A stretch of DNA of 64,000 bases from a virus: the IMG/VR virus record IMGVR_UViG_3300006192_000008, positions 1 to 64,000 of that record, one strand, 5' to 3'. Of the stretch, positions 41,438 through 51,338 are shown piece by piece. A program made the position numbers and the translations under genes. Within the stretch, counting starts at the first letter, position 1; each line of letters begins with the position of its first letter. Below the pieces are notes generated by a model, which saw only the letters and a list, made by a program, of their open reading frames with translations, did not search any database and was not told the origin of the DNA.

Positions 41438-43621
41438 CTAGCCTCCAGTATTAGGGTTTTGCATCAAGGTTTTCTGAAGCTCAGTTTGGAAATAATGTAC
41501 AGTGAACTTCCCTACTTCCTCTGCATCAGTTGCTTGTGTATTAATAACAAACGCCCCAGGCTGTACCATAACTTGAGTTTGACCACCACCCATAAAACTT
41601 TCTTTAGATCGTCTTAGGAAATCAATTCCTGACATTGTAGGAGGAGCTTCAGGTTTACGGGCATTCATAGCATCATTAGTCAAACCACTATACTTCAATA
41701 CCATAGTAAGCGGATGATCTGGAATCAGCCACATAGGGTTTGACATAAGCTCTTTCAATGCAGGGCTATCTTGCGTCATCTCCCCAACCTTTTTAGTGTA
41801 AGGAGCTGCAAAGTTGAGAGCTGCTGCACTCAAAGAAAGTACACTGGCTGCTGCTTCATACATAGAGTCACGAAACGGTTTCATTGCTTCATACATCTCT
41901 TTTTGAGCTTTTACATATTCCCTCATACTTGGGATAACTTCGTCCGAAAGCGTACGAGACATTTGCTCTTCAAGCATCACGTTGGTCAAACGAGCTTGAT
42001 CAGCTTGCACTGTACTGGAGAACTCTTGTACTCGTCCCATACCAGCCGCTGCTGCTGTTTTATAAGCATCAATAATGAGCTGAGAAGTAATCTCTCTGTT
42101 GGAAACAGCATCTTTAAATGTTGTTTCATCTTTCCCAGTTTGTTTGGCATACTCTTTTCTGATATAACCTAACATAGCTGGGTTGGCATCTACTAGCTGT
42201 CTATTCAGTTCATCACCTTGTGCATAGCCAAGGCCAAAGATTTGTTGTAACGCATAGGCTTGACGTTCCATCTGAACTTGACCAAGGCCAGCAGAACGGG
42301 TTGCAATAGACATATCCTTATAGATACCAAATGCTTCGTCAGTTGTACGTCCCTGAGTAAGCATTTGCTTCATAAACTTTGCGTAAGGGTCAATCATAGG
42401 TTCAGCTTCAACGCCAAGCTGATTACTTAACTCAAAGAAGCGTTTATTAGAAAAGTCTTTCCCGTAACGACTAGACTCACCACTGGCAATATCCAATTGT
42501 ATACGCTGGCGTTCACGTAATGCTTGACTATTACCTAGAGCGACGCTACCTTGTTGTACAGCAACACCTGCTGCTAATGGTGCAGCGGCTGCAAGTAGTT
42601 GCGGAGGCAACACCCCATAACCGAGGCTGAATCTGTCGGAGAACACTTGCCCGCTCGCGTGGGCGATGTTATGTGTAGGGTTGTACCCGCCTCCACTACT
42701 CACCCTTGGCTTCGTTACTCTACTGAGTTTAACTGCATTCTTTTCACGAATTTCAGCAAGTTTCTGTTCGTGACGTAGTGCCATACGTTCAACTGTTTGC
42801 TGATGTGTTAATCTGCGACTATCTTCTCTTCGCTTAAGGTCAAGTATTCTACGCTCAGAAGCTTCAACTTGACTCTGTACTTGGACACCTTCAACACGGT
42901 TAGACCTGAACGCCGCAAGCCGTTCTTGTAACGACCCCCTGCTTGGTGCTCCATAGGTAGAAGCATTCCTACCAATACGTCCAAGTGCAGATACTTCTCC
43001 AGACACTCTTTGTGCTTTACTGCTTTGGTAGTTGCCAACCCTACCGTATGAGCTAAATGCTTGTGCATTTTTCCCAATACGTCCAAGTGCAGACACTTCA
43101 CGCATTTTACCCATGTTGGGGAGGTTTGCGAAGTGAGGGGAGTTTCTACCAATACGCCCTAGTAGATTTCCCTCCTCACGAACTTTGTTTGCAAGTTTGT
43201 TGAGGTCTTTAATCCTCACGTCAGCAGCTTTGAACATATCCTTATAGATAGACACAGCATCTGCGCGGTCACGACTACGAGATGGTAGTGGACTTCTCCC
43301 CATTGCAGGGAACAGTTTGTTGATGGATTCGGCGTTTCGCCTAATAACCTTCTGCTGATTAGTGACTGCTTGTGTCAGTTTGTTTGTTACAATGACGGCA
43401 GCAGCTGTCTCTTTATTAACAGCCTTTTGAGCAGAGACTTTACTCTTAGCACCATCTACTGTAGTCTTAGTCTCTTTCTTAACGGCTTTCTCAAGGTCTG
43501 TAGTGCCCTTGACATTACCTTTAAGTCCTTTCTCAAGATTCCCAAGGAAAGCGTCAACTTTCTTCTGATCTTGCTTATTTACTTGTATACCTAATGCAAC
43601 AAAATAGTCAGCAATTTTCAA
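41438..43621 (-). CDS. Tape measure protein
   Basis: Long helical Ala/Gln-rich ORF after the chaperones; ALQQIFG...GDELNRQL. Confidence 0.85.
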   Translation of the reverse strand: MKIADYFVALGIQVNKQDQKKVDAFLGNLEKGLKGNVKGTTDLEKAVKKETKTTVDGAKSKVSAQKAVNKETAAAVIVTNKLTQAVTNQQKVIRRNAESINKLFPAMGRSPLPSRSRDRADAVSIYKDMFKAADVRIKDLNKLANKVREEGNLLGRIGRNSPHFANLPNMGKMREVSALGRIGKNAQAFSSYGRVGNYQSSKAQRVSGEVSALGRIGRNASTYGAPSRGSLQERLAAFRSNRVEGVQVQSQVEASERRILDLKRREDSRRLTHQQTVERMALRHEQKLAEIREKNAVKLSRVTKPRVSSGGGYNPTHNIAHASGQVFSDRFSLGYGVLPPQLLAAAAPLAAGVAVQQGSVALGNSQALRERQRIQLDIASGESSRYGKDFSNKRFFELSNQLGVEAEPMIDPYAKFMKQMLTQGRTTDEAFGIYKDMSIATRSAGLGQVQMERQAYALQQIFGLGYAQGDELNRQLVDANPAMLGYIRKEYAKQTGKDETTFKDAVSNREITSQLIIDAYKTAAAAGMGRVQEFSSTVQADQARLTNVMLEEQMSRTLSDEVIPSMREYVKAQKEMYEAMKPFRDSMYEAAASVLSLSAAALNFAAPYTKKVGEMTQDSPALKELMSNPMWLIPDHPLTMVLKYSGLTNDAMNARKPEAPPTMSGIDFLRRSKESFMGGGQTQVMVQPGAFVINTQATDAEEVGKFTVHYFQTELQKTLMQNPNTGG

Positions 43622-43625
43622 GGCA

Positions 43626-43907
43626 TTACCCCTTAGCAGATTTCTGTTTTTGTTCTAGAATAGCCTGATCGTGGGCTGCCTTCTTTATGGAATCATGTAC
43701 ATCTAGCACTTCAAGCATACTATAGAGCTGTCCAATGGAATATTTATTATCCATGTCAGCTATCAAATGCAAACCACCCAGCTCATGTGTAGCTACTCGG
43801 TAAATTTCCCATTTTTGGGAAAACTCTTCAGCTATCTTACGCTCAAGGGGTGTACTACTATTGCCACCCGACTCTTTGGATTTTAGTCCTCGGAATCGGG
43901 AGCGGTA
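43626..43907 (-). CDS. Frameshift extension of the tail assembly chaperone
   Basis: -1 frame open from the GTTTTTA run to TAA at 43626-43628. Confidence 0.7.
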   Translation of the reverse strand, partial: YRSRFRGLKSKESGGNSSTPLERKIAEEFSQKWEIYRVATHELGGLHLIADMDNKYSIGQLYSMLEVLDVHDSIKKAAHDQAILEQKQKSAKG

Positions 43908-44209
43908 AAAACGTCTTCAAAGTTGTAGTTCAGCACTGCTTGGTACAAAGAAGATAGGTGCATAAAACGTCTAGCAAAAATAACATCGAACGACTGGATT
44001 GTAATTTGTTTGTTATCTTTAGCAACCGACTTAACAATTACTTCACGCATTGTGGCAAGATCACTCTTACCTGTTTGAATGGCTTCTTGGTACTTCTCCA
44101 TAAACTGCAATGCATAGGATGCAGGGAGTGCAGTAACCAAATAATCTACTTCATCAACTGTAATCACTTCTTGAGGAAGTGCTACATCATTCATATTAAG
44201 CTTACTCAT
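43883..44209 (-). CDS. Tail assembly chaperone
   Basis: Between tube genes and TMP; NFEDVF end. Confidence 0.8.
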   Translation of the reverse strand: MSKLNMNDVALPQEVITVDEVDYLVTALPASYALQFMEKYQEAIQTGKSDLATMREVIVKSVAKDNKQITIQSFDVIFARRFMHLSSLYQAVLNYNFEDVFTAPDSED

Positions 44210-44282
44210 AAATATCTCTCATTATTTAGTGTTGTAAAACTTTAAGACCGTTTCCATGACAGTCTTAAAATCTATTGTTTGT

Positions 44283-44789
44283 TTAGAAAATGTTGGAAAC
44301 AGTATCAATAGCACTGTTAGCCAATCCAGAAGCAGCTCCAAAGATACCACTAAAGATGTTGACAATCTGAGCATTACCACCAACAGTGTAACTACCAGTT
44401 GTCTGACAGAAGATTCTCCACTGACGATATTCAAACTCACCAGAGTAGACAACTTCAGGGTATCCTACAATGTAAGCTTCTACAGAACTGAATACACTTG
44501 TACCTTTCAGATCACTCACTGTAAGGGAAATACGCCCTGTACCATTCTGAAGGTCAAGCTCATGAATCCGTGAGAATACATCATTACTCATAGAAGTTTG
44601 AAGCAGTGGAATAGTAATCATGCAACTTGTGTCAGCATTTCTTACTCGTGTATGTTTGCCACGAATGCCACGAATAGGCTTGAAAGCATCTACACTTCTT
44701 GCAATTGAAATACTCTGCCAACCTGTTACTGTATAACCACCGAAGGTAAGGACTACTTCTTTTGGACTATAGCAAAATACTTTAGACAT
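44283..44789 (-). CDS. Tail tube-like protein
   Basis: YSPKEV...ITIPLLQTSMSN. Confidence 0.75.
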   Translation of the reverse strand: MSKVFCYSPKEVVLTFGGYTVTGWQSISIARSVDAFKPIRGIRGKHTRVRNADTSCMITIPLLQTSMSNDVFSRIHELDLQNGTGRISLTVSDLKGTSVFSSVEAYIVGYPEVVYSGEFEYRQWRIFCQTTGSYTVGGNAQIVNIFSGIFGAASGLANSAIDTVSNIF

Positions 44790-45289
44790 TAGAATAGCCC
44801 CAATCCCGGTAGTGCAGAAACTGCAATGTTGGTAATATCATTCAACAAGGAGCTGACTTCTTCGTTGCCGCCAATGTTGATAACAGCATAAGCAGATTTA
44901 ATCACCCACACACGACTATCAATTGCATTGCTCTTTGTGAGACTAGGAATCCCTTCAATCCAAGATTCAGTGGAGAACAATAAGTCACTACCACTTTGAT
45001 CTTTGATTAAAAGGGGAAACTTACCCCTCTGAGTAATCTCATCAACTTGCCACAATTTAGTGAGAAGATTATTAGTCTCAGCACCATTGTGTAAAGTAAT
45101 TGTAATTGTATATGTTTGACTGTTGTTATACTTTCTTGCTATTGTCCCATCAGGCATCCGTACACTGCTGTAAGGCATTTCATCTTTATCAACAGAGATG
45201 AATGTACCATCGACAAACCCTGCAATTGGGATAAATCCAGCAATTAGGCATTGTACTGATTCTGGAACATAATTAAACAGCGTGGTCAT
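44789..45289 (-). CDS. Tail tube-like protein
   Basis: GFVDGTFI, IKDQSG. Confidence 0.75.
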   Translation of the reverse strand: MTTLFNYVPESVQCLIAGFIPIAGFVDGTFISVDKDEMPYSSVRMPDGTIARKYNNSQTYTITITLHNGAETNNLLTKLWQVDEITQRGKFPLLIKDQSGSDLLFSTESWIEGIPSLTKSNAIDSRVWVIKSAYAVINIGGNEEVSSLLNDITNIAVSALPGLGLF

Positions 45290-45339
45290 AACTTCTCCTT
45301 AGAGTTAAAGGGCTATATTTCAAGCCCTTATAAGGCTAG

Positions 45340-45861
45340 TTATGCTTGCCAGCGTGGATCAACTTCACCACCTACTGCGTTAACAGCTTGAACAGCAGCA
45401 GCATCCAATGGGGTGTTACCGCCAATGTAGTTGTCAGTATTGAACATGAAGAATGTCCAGTCACGTTGTTCTGTGGTGCTAGACAAAGTAACATCAGGAG
45501 TAGTAGCAATAATCGTCTGACTAGAGAAGAACATTGTCTGTCCACTTTGGTCTTTAATTGTCATTGCAGCTACATATGTGTTACCATCATCACCTTCATC
45601 AGCGCGTTGAAGTGCTTGCAGAACGTAGTTGGATTGTGCATATTGGTGTAGGCTTACGGTTACGTTCATAGAACGATTGCGGCGTTTTACACGACCGCCA
45701 CTTAGGTCACTGCCAATATAGGGTTCACTCGCTGGAACCATACGGGTTGCTGAGATAAATGTACCCTCAACAAACCCTGTTACTTGGTGAGTAAAATCAC
45801 CAACCGAGATAATTACGTTTACAGCCTCGGGACTGTAATTACCAATTAGAATATCAGGCAT
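45340..45861 (-). CDS. Tail tube protein (DUF3277-like)
   Basis: YSPEAV, GFVEGTFI, IKDQSG; directly after the sheath. Confidence 0.8.
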   Translation of the reverse strand: MPDILIGNYSPEAVNVIISVGDFTHQVTGFVEGTFISATRMVPASEPYIGSDLSGGRVKRRNRSMNVTVSLHQYAQSNYVLQALQRADEGDDGNTYVAAMTIKDQSGQTMFFSSQTIIATTPDVTLSSTTEQRDWTFFMFNTDNYIGGNTPLDAAAVQAVNAVGGEVDPRWQA

Positions 45862-45879
45862 TATTTATATTCCTTTCCG

Positions 45880-46185
45880 TTATACGCTGAGGAAGCCGTT
45901 GATGATGACCTTGCGAATACTTCCCGCAAGACGAGCACGGAATACAAAAGCACCTGCAATACGTTGAGCACGAAGGTTCTCCGGTATGGCCAATACGTCA
46001 GGAGTTTGGACAACCCATCCGCGATCAATAAGACCATTGGCTTCTGCTTGAGAAAGAACACTTCTAATTTCATTCTCGATAATCAAAAGTCCGGGATTTG
46101 TAAGGGGTACCTTGAGACTGTTGATTAGGCGGAAGTACACTGCCTCTTGGAGGCGAGCGTACAACCAGTCAATACCTACAATTTC
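45880..46185 (-). CDS. Tail sheath protein, exon 2
   Basis: EIVGIDWLYARLQE...LAGSIRKVIING. Confidence 0.9.
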   Translation of the reverse strand, partial: EIVGIDWLYARLQEAVYFRLINSLKVPLTNPGLLIIENEIRSVLSQAEANGLIDRGWVVQTPDVLAIPENLRAQRIAGAFVFRARLAGSIRKVIINGFLSV

Positions 46186-47274
46186 CGTTTATGTTCATGT
46201 AAGGTCATTACTCTTACACCGCTTTAGGTTTTCTTGACCAACCGTGATGATTTCTTTTGCACCAATTTTCAATAATGTAATATTCCACATTACCGTAATA
46301 TTGTGCGGCAAATATCGGGCTATCAAATTCCAAACCTTCTGGAGATACGAATTTATTCTTACTTCTAGAAGAGGACTTGTGCAGGAACTCTTCATTTCTT
46401 TCTGCGTTTTGTATAATATTATCATTAAGCTGCTTTGAATTTGCAGCTTTTACTACAGCACCAAGCTTCTGCATTGTAAGCAGTTGTTGGTAATTTTCCT
46501 CTTGACCTGACCAAGCTTTCATTTGTTTAGCTTTCTCGGCCTTCCACTCATCTGTGTGATTTTGACCTCTCCATGCGTCATTAGCCATCTTACGAATTTC
46601 ATCCATGTAACCAGATTCGATACGTTGTTTAGCTAAGTCCCTCGCATGTTTTCGCTGAGCTTCATTATTGGCTAACGGGCGAATTCTATCCAGAAGACCT
46701 GACTCAACATTGGCCTTTCCACGAGCAATAACCTGCTCAACTTCCTGTCCAGCCATCATTAGCCATGCCATATAGTCAGAGGCTTTTTTAAAGGCTTTCC
46801 AAAGCAATCTATGGGCAAATATGTGTTGTCTGTATGTCAACCTAATAAGGTTTTCTTTTGAATCATCGCCTCCTGCATGGCGAGGAATGATGTGGTGCTT
46901 TTCTGTGTAGACACCAACCTCAAACTCTTGATTCTTGTATTTCTCAATAAACGCAAAATAAAGTTTTTCGTAATTCATAACTTCTCCATAAGCAGCTCAT
47001 GCTTTCACGTGAGACCAGACTATATCTTAACGTACAGCATCACCTGTTTACGTTCTCCCCATTTCGGGTCATTTGACCCTACGGCATTCCTGCCTAGTCG
47101 TTGAACCTTCCCTTTCGGGCTTGGCTGCTGATTGTCCAATTTCTGTCGTTTTCAAACATTCACGCTTAAACCAGTTTACACAGGTTTTACGTTGTAGTCT
47201 ACAGAACTTTAGGAGTTTCCAGCAATTAAAGGAGTTTTCACTAAACCGTTTCTGGTTTAGGCGACTTGTTTCAA
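46186..47274 (-). mobile_element. Group I intron in the tail sheath gene, carrying an HNH ORF
   Basis: P1 CGAT/GTCG with U-G; core AATTGCTGGAAA, AATCAGCAG, TCAACGACTA, AAGATATAGTCT; terminal G; splicing restores the frame. Confidence 0.92.
46214..46978 (-). CDS. Intron-encoded HNH homing endonuclease
   Basis: EKHHIIPRHAGG...NLIRL...HIFAH. Confidence 0.9.
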   Translation of the reverse strand: MNYEKLYFAFIEKYKNQEFEVGVYTEKHHIIPRHAGGDDSKENLIRLTYRQHIFAHRLLWKAFKKASDYMAWLMMAGQEVEQVIARGKANVESGLLDRIRPLANNEAQRKHARDLAKQRIESGYMDEIRKMANDAWRGQNHTDEWKAEKAKQMKAWSGQEENYQQLLTMQKLGAVVKAANSKQLNDNIIQNAERNEEFLHKSSSRSKNKFVSPEGLEFDSPIFAAQYYGNVEYYIIENWCKRNHHGWSRKPKAV

Positions 47275-48285
47275 ATCGATTGGCGAACCACCAAAAGTGT
47301 CACCGTCTTGGAAGATATCAACACCAGCAACACGAGTGTACATGTTGCAATTCTTGCCGCGAAGATTTACACGAGCTGTATCATTGATAGTCGAACGAGT
47401 TACGCCAACAGCGCGCTTCTTATCCCAATCGTTAGAACCGGGGGTGTAAGGAAGTTGAGCACCGATCCAAGCAGCTTCTGGGTATTCAGTATCAGCAGTT
47501 GGGAGATAAACACCAAAGGTGCGGTCTGCTGTTTTAGCACTGAGCTTATAAGCAATGTCAGTGATACCTGTAGTGATTGCAACTGGGTCAGCAGTGGACG
47601 TACCCATGATTTTGCGTTGTGCTTGAATCACGTCACTGACGGCTTCTACAATCGCAGCGTTATGAGTATCAAGGATCAGTGCGTACCAAGTGCTGTTTTC
47701 ATCACTAACAGCTTCTAGAGCTTCGGGATAGGTTTCAGTTGGCGTAGTAACAACGACACTTAGGTTACTGGAAGCTACAATAGACCAATTAGACCCTGGA
47801 GTCACAACAGCCACGGAGAATGTACCGTCAAGGTTGTTTGTAAAGGTGACGCCGGTCACAGGGGCAAGATCATAAGCTGCTTTGAGGCCAGCTACGATTT
47901 CTGTTGCAAGTGCTGTGGCATCTGAAGTATAAGTAAACACAGTTGGTGTTACACTAGATGGTCCAGCAATAGTTACAGTGTATGCAGTACTGTTAGAAAC
48001 AGTTGCAACGGAACCAGCAACACTGTTAACCTGACGACGGCCTACTACAATGCTTGGTGGACGAGCACCAACAGTAGTTTGACCAAAGAGCTTTTGAGCA
48101 ATCTTATAAACTTCATCTGCACTGTCAAAGTCATCTTCAACAGCAGAGAAGTCAGTGTAAGAGCGAGTACGTTCAGAGAATTTAGTATGTGTTGCAAGTA
48201 CAAGGGGGATTTGGAAAGACGCAGTTTCTACAGGGGTAGATTCTCGCGTAATCGTGATTTGAACGATCTGGTCGAGTTCCGCCAT
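47275..48285 (-). CDS. Tail sheath protein, exon 1 (DUF3383-like)
   Basis: 337 codons ending GGSPID; spliced product 438 aa. Confidence 0.9.
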
Positions 48286-48306
48286 CGTTTATTTTCCTTT
48301 ATTAGG

Positions 48307-50167
48307 TTAAGGGTTTATTACTAGGTCTTCAGGTATTGTAAAATTGTCTTGGATTGTGTCGTTGTAAACACCCTCGACTGTAATACCCTCTACAATATCC
48401 ACCACTTGTTTAGTAACTACATGGTAGGAAAATGTTACGTCTAGATTGTGGTACTCTACCCAAGTGGTATCACGCTTCTGAGGGGCACGTCTTACTTGAC
48501 TCTTTCTCATAAAGCCAAGCTTGTTACGAGCAGCCTCTTCTAACACCAGAGGGTTATTGTTTATTCTTTGGTAGAGACTGTAAGCCATCTCACCAGATTG
48601 ACTACCAACAAAGCTTAATTGAGCCATCACTTCATAAGAGACTTTAATAGTTTCTTCAAATTTGGCACCATTAGCTTCAACAAGACCACTGCTTACATGT
48701 CGTCCTGTTTGATCTACGTTTAAAATGCTAACTGTTACATAAGAGCCAGCTGGCTCATTACCATTGGCATGAGAATAAATGACCAGAGGGTTAGTGAACT
48801 CATCCAAAGTTTTGAGAGTGACGTTCCTGATGGCACCACGCACTGTAGAATAGATATTCATCCTGCACTAATCTCCAGACGGGCTGCTGTTGCACGGTAA
48901 TGGTCAAGGATTGACATGGAGTAATGTTTTACTTTCATCACTTTATAGCGATCACCTTCATAAACAAACTCATCAGCCGACCAACCAGAAGTTCCCTGCT
49001 TATCCATACGAATCTCATTGGCACAGTAAATCTTGTACCATTCCCTTGACCTGTCAGCTTCAGGGAGTAACAGTAAGTCTTGATCTTTAAATGGTTGAAT
49101 GTTTACTTCTAAGGGTACTTGTGTTTGTGTACCTTCTACCCATTCACCATTAACATAACTGCCTTGTGTAGCCCTATAGAAAGTAATAGGTATCTTCTTA
49201 GTGAGAAGGAATTGTGGTTTTAGCATTAAGTCCCTCTCTTAGCTGTCTTAGAAGTTACGTTGGAGATAAGTTGTCTAGTTTCATTCAATGGGTCATCAAA
49301 CCCTTTCTGAGCGATTGTTGAGTCAGCGTTACCGGGAGTATCCCAAGCACGCATAACATCTTTCAAGGTATCTTCAAAAGCTACACCCTCTTTACGGAGG
49401 ATTTTGAATACATCCCTGCCCATTGCAACTTCAGTGAGGATTCTTTTAAAACTTCCTTTATCACTACCCTTCAAAAGAGCAGCTTTTAATCCAACCCTCA
49501 TGAAAGGGCGAGGAGGAATACCAGAACCGTTTCCTTGACCTCCCTCAGTCCCTTCTTCTTGCCACTGAGCTACTTGGGCCATTGGCAAGTTATCATTGTC
49601 AGGGCCATAGCGATTTTCTTCAAACCAACCAAGTTGATTTTCAAGAGTCTCAGCCTTAGCAAAGGATTTCTTCAGAGCAAGCCAAGGGCTTTTGTCTACT
49701 GTTAATTTCATAGACATTTGTTAGCAACCACATGATTTGATTCTAAATGGGTTTGTGTAAGAGAACATATTACCATCACACAAACGAATACCAATCAAGC
49801 CTGGACGAACATTATCTGGATTGCGATCATTTGCACAAACGTCTTCATAGCTAATACCAGCAGCGTAGCCAAGAACACCCTTGGGAAAGTTTACGGCCAA
49901 ACTGTCTTTGATGAAGTTATCTAGTGCCACTGTATAAGCTCTGGCAATATCATTGTATACGTGAATGTCTCCCGTAATTTCCCTCGTGTTTACACTGGTT
50001 AGTGCAAGTGAGAGTGATATTGCAGCCATTCTTGCAGCTTGTACTAGATCACCATTGCAATAGTTAATGAACCACTGAATCTCTTCGTCTGTTAAATAAT
50101 CGTGAAATGGATTAGCTGGTGTCAGACCTATAAGTAGCCTGACCACCTCTACATTAGTCAGTGCCAT
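48307..50167 (-). CDS. Neck/head-tail genes (48307-48861, 48858-49226, 49226-49717, 49721-50167)
   Basis: Position between capsid and sheath; IPPRPF and VRLLIG motifs. Confidence 0.75.
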
Positions 50168-51014
50168 TGTAGTACCGCCCTTTATATAGGTTGTATTTTC
50201 GGGACAATCTCAGACTCTCAGTTGTGTTTAAATAAAGACTATCAAGTACAGCCTTGCACTCTTCAAACCTTCCTGAGTACGTATGAAACAGTGCCTTATT
50301 CTTAGAGTCTGGTGTGATAGTCATGTGCATATCAGGGACAATAGATTTGCAATAAACCAACCACTGATGACAAAGAGTTTCACTGCCACAGATTTGCATT
50401 TTGGTACAAGACTCTAGCTTAGAAAGATAGCCATCACCTTCAAGAACACCTCTCCAGAAATCTCTGTTAAACAAAAATTGTTCTGGGCACTCTTCCTTGG
50501 TAGACTTTCTTGGAGCCAGACCAAAGGCAATAAGTCTCTCTGTTATAGGTTCATATTGAAAGCCAAAAGAACACATGGAATACGTTTTGCCGGTTCTTTT
50601 ATCAAACCTATGGCGCTCTCTAACTATATTTCCATTACGAATGTAAGCTTGTAAGCTTTTCAAAACCTCAACATCTTTCAAGGAAAGTTCAACGCTGACA
50701 TTGTGTCCGTACTTTGTTTCCCTGAGATTGCCGTCAGTCAAAAGCCAACCATAGAAGTAAGCACACTCAGGTTCAAAAATATCTAGAAAAGCATTTTCGT
50801 TGATGGTATGACCCATCGAAAACCTATTTTCTTTTCTGGTCTTGATTGGTACTCCAAAATCACGTAAGACTTTAAGAGCAACATCCTCTGCAAACGGCAT
50901 ATCAAGGCAGATTTTTCTGGCACTTTCTCCGGCTTGATACCTTTCAATGATGACAGGTACATGCTCCGGTTTTACTTTCTTGTAAGGCCAGGTTTCAAAG
51001 TTAGGGTGTTCCAT
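50154..51014 (-). CDS. Free-standing LAGLIDADG endonuclease
   Basis: Two motifs YFYGWLLTDG and FWRGVLEGDG, LSRKY end; probable ATG at 51014 after AAGGAG. Confidence 0.8.
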   Translation of the reverse strand: MEHPNFETWPYKKVKPEHVPVIIERYQAGESARKICLDMPFAEDVALKVLRDFGVPIKTRKENRFSMGHTINENAFLDIFEPECAYFYGWLLTDGNLRETKYGHNVSVELSLKDVEVLKSLQAYIRNGNIVRERHRFDKRTGKTYSMCSFGFQYEPITERLIAFGLAPRKSTKEECPEQFLFNRDFWRGVLEGDGYLSKLESCTKMQICGSETLCHQWLVYCKSIVPDMHMTITPDSKNKALFHTYSGRFEECKAVLDSLYLNTTESLRLSRKYNLYKGRYYNGTD

Positions 51015-51072
51015 AAAATACTCCTTTAGAAGATAGAACCCACAGAATACCACTAACCTTGATAAAATACAA

Positions 51073-51288
51073 TCAACTTGCAGCCATCAAACCAGCAGTG
51101 ACCAGTTTACCCAGAAGGGCGTCAAACTGTACCTTCAAAGCAGCCACATCAGCAGCAGCAGCTGGTGCTTGGTACGGCATAATGTTGGTATCTGGAACTT
51201 CTGCGTTCACTTCTGTAATGACACGCTGGATTACAGTGTGTGCATCAACCCAAGCCCGTTCTGGACCACTTACATCGGCAATAGCCAT
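51073..51288 (-). CDS. Small head-fibre-like protein
   Basis: A.DVAALKVQFDALLGKL..AGLM motif. Confidence 0.6.
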   Translation of the reverse strand: MAIADVSGPERAWVDAHTVIQRVITEVNAEVPDTNIMPYQAPAAAADVAALKVQFDALLGKLVTAGLMAAS

Positions 51289-51310
51289 AATCTTATTCCT
51301 CTAGAATATG

Positions 51311-51329
51311 GAGGGGCTTTACGCCCCTC
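51311..51329 (-). terminator. Hairpin after the major capsid gene
   Basis: GAGGGGC/GCCCCTC stem. Confidence 0.5.
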
Positions 51330-51338
51330 ACGTCACTC

